Shown: in pieces, positions 60,361 through 64,000 of the stretch
How the letters are laid out: each line of letters starts with the position of its first letter
Position numbering within the stretch: position 1 is the first letter of the stretch
NCBI RefSeq assembly: GCF_021869535.1
Contig: NW_026262684.1
Span: 1,798,001-1,862,000 of the forward strand
Source of the DNA: Mytilus californianus
Taxonomy: Eukaryota
Length of the DNA: 64,000 bases
Direction: 5' to 3'
The notes under the pieces: generated by a model
What the model was told of the DNA's origin: nothing
What the model saw: the letters and a program-made list of their open reading frames with translations, nothing else
Databases searched by the model: none
Program-made: the position numbers and the translations under genes

Positions 60361-62789
60361 AAAACATATGTTTTATCAAAAATATGCATGGAAATTTATT
60401 TTCACCAAATTTATGTGATAGTCAATACACGATAGCTATGTCTGACACCTATTTGTCAAAAACTACATAATCTTTTCCACATCATAAAATTTACACTTCA
60501 ACTGACACAACTATTTTGTTAGAGTTCATAGGATAACGTGTTGACATTGTACTTTCCGGTTGTTCGACATTGTAAAATTCCTTTAACTTTCCGCTTCATA
60601 ATAATAATAAATTACCATCAAAGTTGTTATTAGACATAAACTAATTAAATTAATTGATGGTAAGGGCATGATTTATTAAGCTTTTTTTCTTTCCCGAAAG
60701 TTACAATGGCGAATGTTTTAATTTTCACAGATATATAAATAGTTAAGATTTACAGTTTGTTCTGATTTGAAAAAATAAACAACAGCACTTTCCGTGTACA
60801 CAGAAATTTTGAAATAAATCAGTCAGAATAACTAGAGATCAATTTCAGCTCTTAGATATTTAGCAATAAGAACTGCTAATTTATTTTATGCTGACAAATA
60901 TGAAACAAACACTGATTCTTTAATTTCCTTGTAATCTCTGTACTTAATACATGTTTAAGAATTAAATAAATCTGTCATTCTAGGATCGTTCAATTTAAAT
61001 TCCTTAAGAAAGTTTAACTGATTAGTATATACAGATATCGTTATTAGGTTTATATATTTATAAATTCAGTAAGAAAAGATAAATATTAAAACACTAGTGG
61101 GCTACATCAGGGTTGTTATATATTGCACCACTTATATGTTGCATTTACCCTTTTTATCTGAAACTTGAAATTATTAATCCCATTCTGATAAGAATGTGCA
61201 ATTAACCTTCAACGTTGTGATATTAACTCAAAATTTTATCAATAAGTCAATGAATGATTTGATCGTTGTAAATGCACTCAGAAATGTTTTAGCAGTGTGC
61301 AAAACCCATGCTATTAAACAAAAACGCAAAATACTTCTAACGATTTATTTAAGTAGTTTTCCTTGTCAAAAAAGTAATGAAAGTCACAAATAACATAATT
61401 TGTTGTTGGAAAGTTTTAATGTCCATAATTAAACGAACTTAATGTCAGGTTCTGGTGGAACACATTAACTATTGATACATTCCTTCTCACAATATTATAT
61501 GTTTATTTATTTCCATCTTTACAATTATTATCGTTTATATAATTATACAATGTTCATTTCCATTGCTTTATGGAACTTATGTAATTTTTATTTTAAAGCT
61601 TTGGTTAATTAAGTGTAAAGTTTCTGTTCTTTTTGACAAATTTTGCTGGATGAGTTTTATTAGCTAATTTAGTTTTATGCTTAAGTTGATTCCCGTTAGG
61701 GGATATTATTTGATCCTTTGGAGGCCTTTTGCTGGAAAATGTATGGTCTTATTGAGCCACAGCATTTTTTTCCTCGGTAAAAAGGTGGTAAAACGTATGC
61801 TTTATTGTTCTGCATTTAGTTTCCTTAAATAAAGTAGTTCTTAACTTCGAGAAAGCTCATAATTATCAGGTTAAAATTTATTAATCAATATATATATGCA
61901 TCTTTTTGTTTTCATTTATTTCTTTTTTTTTCAAGGTTAATAAAATTCTACAGTATTTTGGTGATCTCCAATCTATATTTTTGTGTATCACTCAGGTAGT
62001 TTTCCTTAAATAATCAGGTCCATTTTGAATAGTTTATAAAAGAATGCGTCAACAACTGATTTTTAGTCTAATGGGCCATCATTTTTTATGTTTATGTTTA
62101 GAAAGGAATATACTGAAAAAAATGCAAGTTTGGCGATATTGTCAGGGATTATTAATAGAATATTATGTGTTAAAAAGAGAGTTAATGAAGAACAAATTCT
62201 GTATTTTTCAACTTTAAATATTAACTTGTCCAGGGCAATTTGAGCAGCAGTTAATGACTAACCATGATAGTATTTCTTCAATATTTTATTATAATGTTCA
62301 AGATTTGGGGAAGTTACAATTTTTTGTATTTGTATGGATTTCCAAAATGGATGCATTGTAAAACAAAATCAACAGACACTAGACTTTTGTCAGCCTACGC
62401 TATGTTCGTCTATAAATTACTCGATGACACCCAAATCTAAAAAGTAAAAGGGCCGAATAAAGTACAAAGGAGAAAAGCATTGAGGACCCAAAATTCGGAA
62501 AAGTTTTGCCAAATACAGCTTAGGTAAATTACTTTTCCACTCGAGTGACGATATTTCTTTTTGGATAAGCACCAGAACTCAAAATTAGTAGCGGAACACC
62601 CTAGGTGCACATATGCTTTTTTAGGCGCTGTGTGTGGATATTTCTAGTATGGCTTCATTAAGTTCCTCTGAAGTAATCATATGTTATTTCAGGGTGGTAT
62701 TAAAAATCGCAATACACAAGTATAATCATTCCATTTACATAGTGTTTAAATATGTGAGAAAACTTCTGATAAGAAGCTTTGTATTATTT

Positions 62790-63015
62790 GTATTTCGTTC
62801 ATTGTTTTTATACATAAATCAGGCCGTTAGTTTTCTCGTTTGAATTGTTTTGCATTTGTCATATGAGGCCTTTTATAGCTGACTATGCGGTATTGGTTTT
62901 GCTCATTATTGAAGGCCGTACAGTGACCTATAGTTGTTCACTTCTATGTCATTTGGTCTCTGGTGGTGAGTTGTCTCTCATTGGCAATCATACCACATCT
63001 TTCCTTTTTTATATG
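62790..63015 (+). mobile_element. Dispersed repeat family Y
   Basis: Well-preserved copy. Confidence 0.75.
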
Positions 63016-64000
63016 ATGTATAAATGAATTACCGTTTGTACTTGGGACACTTCAGTAGGCAGCAGGCATGGGGCGAATTACATTGCAATGTAATTCATTT
63101 TATCATCCTTCCCCACCTCTATATCAGCTTCCTCAACATATCTGTAAAACTCGTATCCAGTTAGCGCGTGCAAGTGAGGAGACATTATCAAGTGAGCAGG
63201 ACTTATCAACAAATTCTCCCAACATATTGCCTTGTATTGTAATGGTGATAAGTCACCAAATAAATTCTTTAAATAAAATAAATTACACTTGCAGTACATA
63301 TTTTACAATGAACCATTTCTTTTTTCCTAAAATTACTTTACATTCTAAAACGAGATGTTGATAAAATGGTGTCGACGGCAGTCTTGATAAGTTCTGCCGG
63401 GACTACTTTTTTCAGAACTGAACTATTTGACCTAATTTGAACTATTGATCTGACCTCTATTGAGATCAATCTATCGATACAAATGTCAACAATGCAGTCG
63501 GAAAGCAAGCTCTTAGGAACGACCGTTGTTGCTACTTTCTTAAGACAACAATGGGACTGATATTAAAGCCCGCCATTCTGAAATTGCGTTAATTTCGCGG
63601 AAAAAAATATTTTTGCGGCAATTTGGACATTTTTTTATTTTCTATTTCTAACATGCCATTGGGGTCAGAAATAGATTTCTTTCTATATGTTAAGCATGTG
63701 TCTTATTATTAAAGAAAATAATGCCTAAATTGGCCCTTCCTTTAACAATTACGATAATAAATTATTCGAAATTGTCTGTTATTTTTTATTCTTTTGTCAT
63801 AGATAAACAAAGATTATATAGATTCTAGATGATCATAGATCTATACTATAAAACAAATTGATAATACGTATCTCAAAGTTAAAAAAAAAATCAAGTCTAA
63901 CGTTCTGTCACCCCTTCTGAAACCCCGTTTTAACTAAATTCCAAAAGAAAGACATTTTTTGACATTGTAGTTTTTTTGGTTTTACACATCAATGTCAACA

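Noticed and set aside
63076-63095. Perfect 20-bp palindrome aattacattgcaatgtaatt (similar tgtaatcgattaca near 16053)
   Set aside because: Isolated, AT-rich and probably part of a repeat end; no functional context visible
60540-64000. A fifth Met-rich gene or a fourth orphan exon
   Set aside because: Homology to the other units stops at ~60535, and no Met-rich frame or CGGAC exon was seen to the end of the window

Overview
AT-rich, repeat-dense, intron-containing eukaryotic DNA, most likely from a bivalve mollusc. The mytilid (mussel) attribution is inferred from the repeat families and gene content, not from a search. Three layers are visible. (1) 2.2-6.1 kb: a decayed head-to-tail pair of Penelope-like retroelements with N-terminal GIY-YIG endonuclease, CxC linker and C-terminal RT (Naiad-type order). 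Its 3' end matches many short dispersed repeats in the window. (2) 6.9-18.4 kb, + strand: two tandem paralogous spliced genes for small cysteine-rich proteins with 19 Cys and two CGGC/CGAC-type modules. Both are invisible to the ORF track; gene 2 is complete (5 exons, 134 aa, signal peptide). (3) 23.6-60.4 kb, - strand: four tandem genes spaced about 11-12 kb apart, encoding secreted proteins of roughly 50% methionine (525, 330, 439, 261 aa). They are built from M/K/P/E/D/G repeats (MMKPD motif in three of the four) and end in KGGY. Each has a short non-coding exon 1, a TATA box and a conserved TTACGTAA-type element. They resemble bivalve hinge-ligament Met-rich protein. Three of the four duplication units carry an orphan, decaying exon of the neighbouring Cys-rich gene family just upstream of the promoter. 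Repeat coordinates are approximate; exon coordinates were counted by hand and checked for frame.
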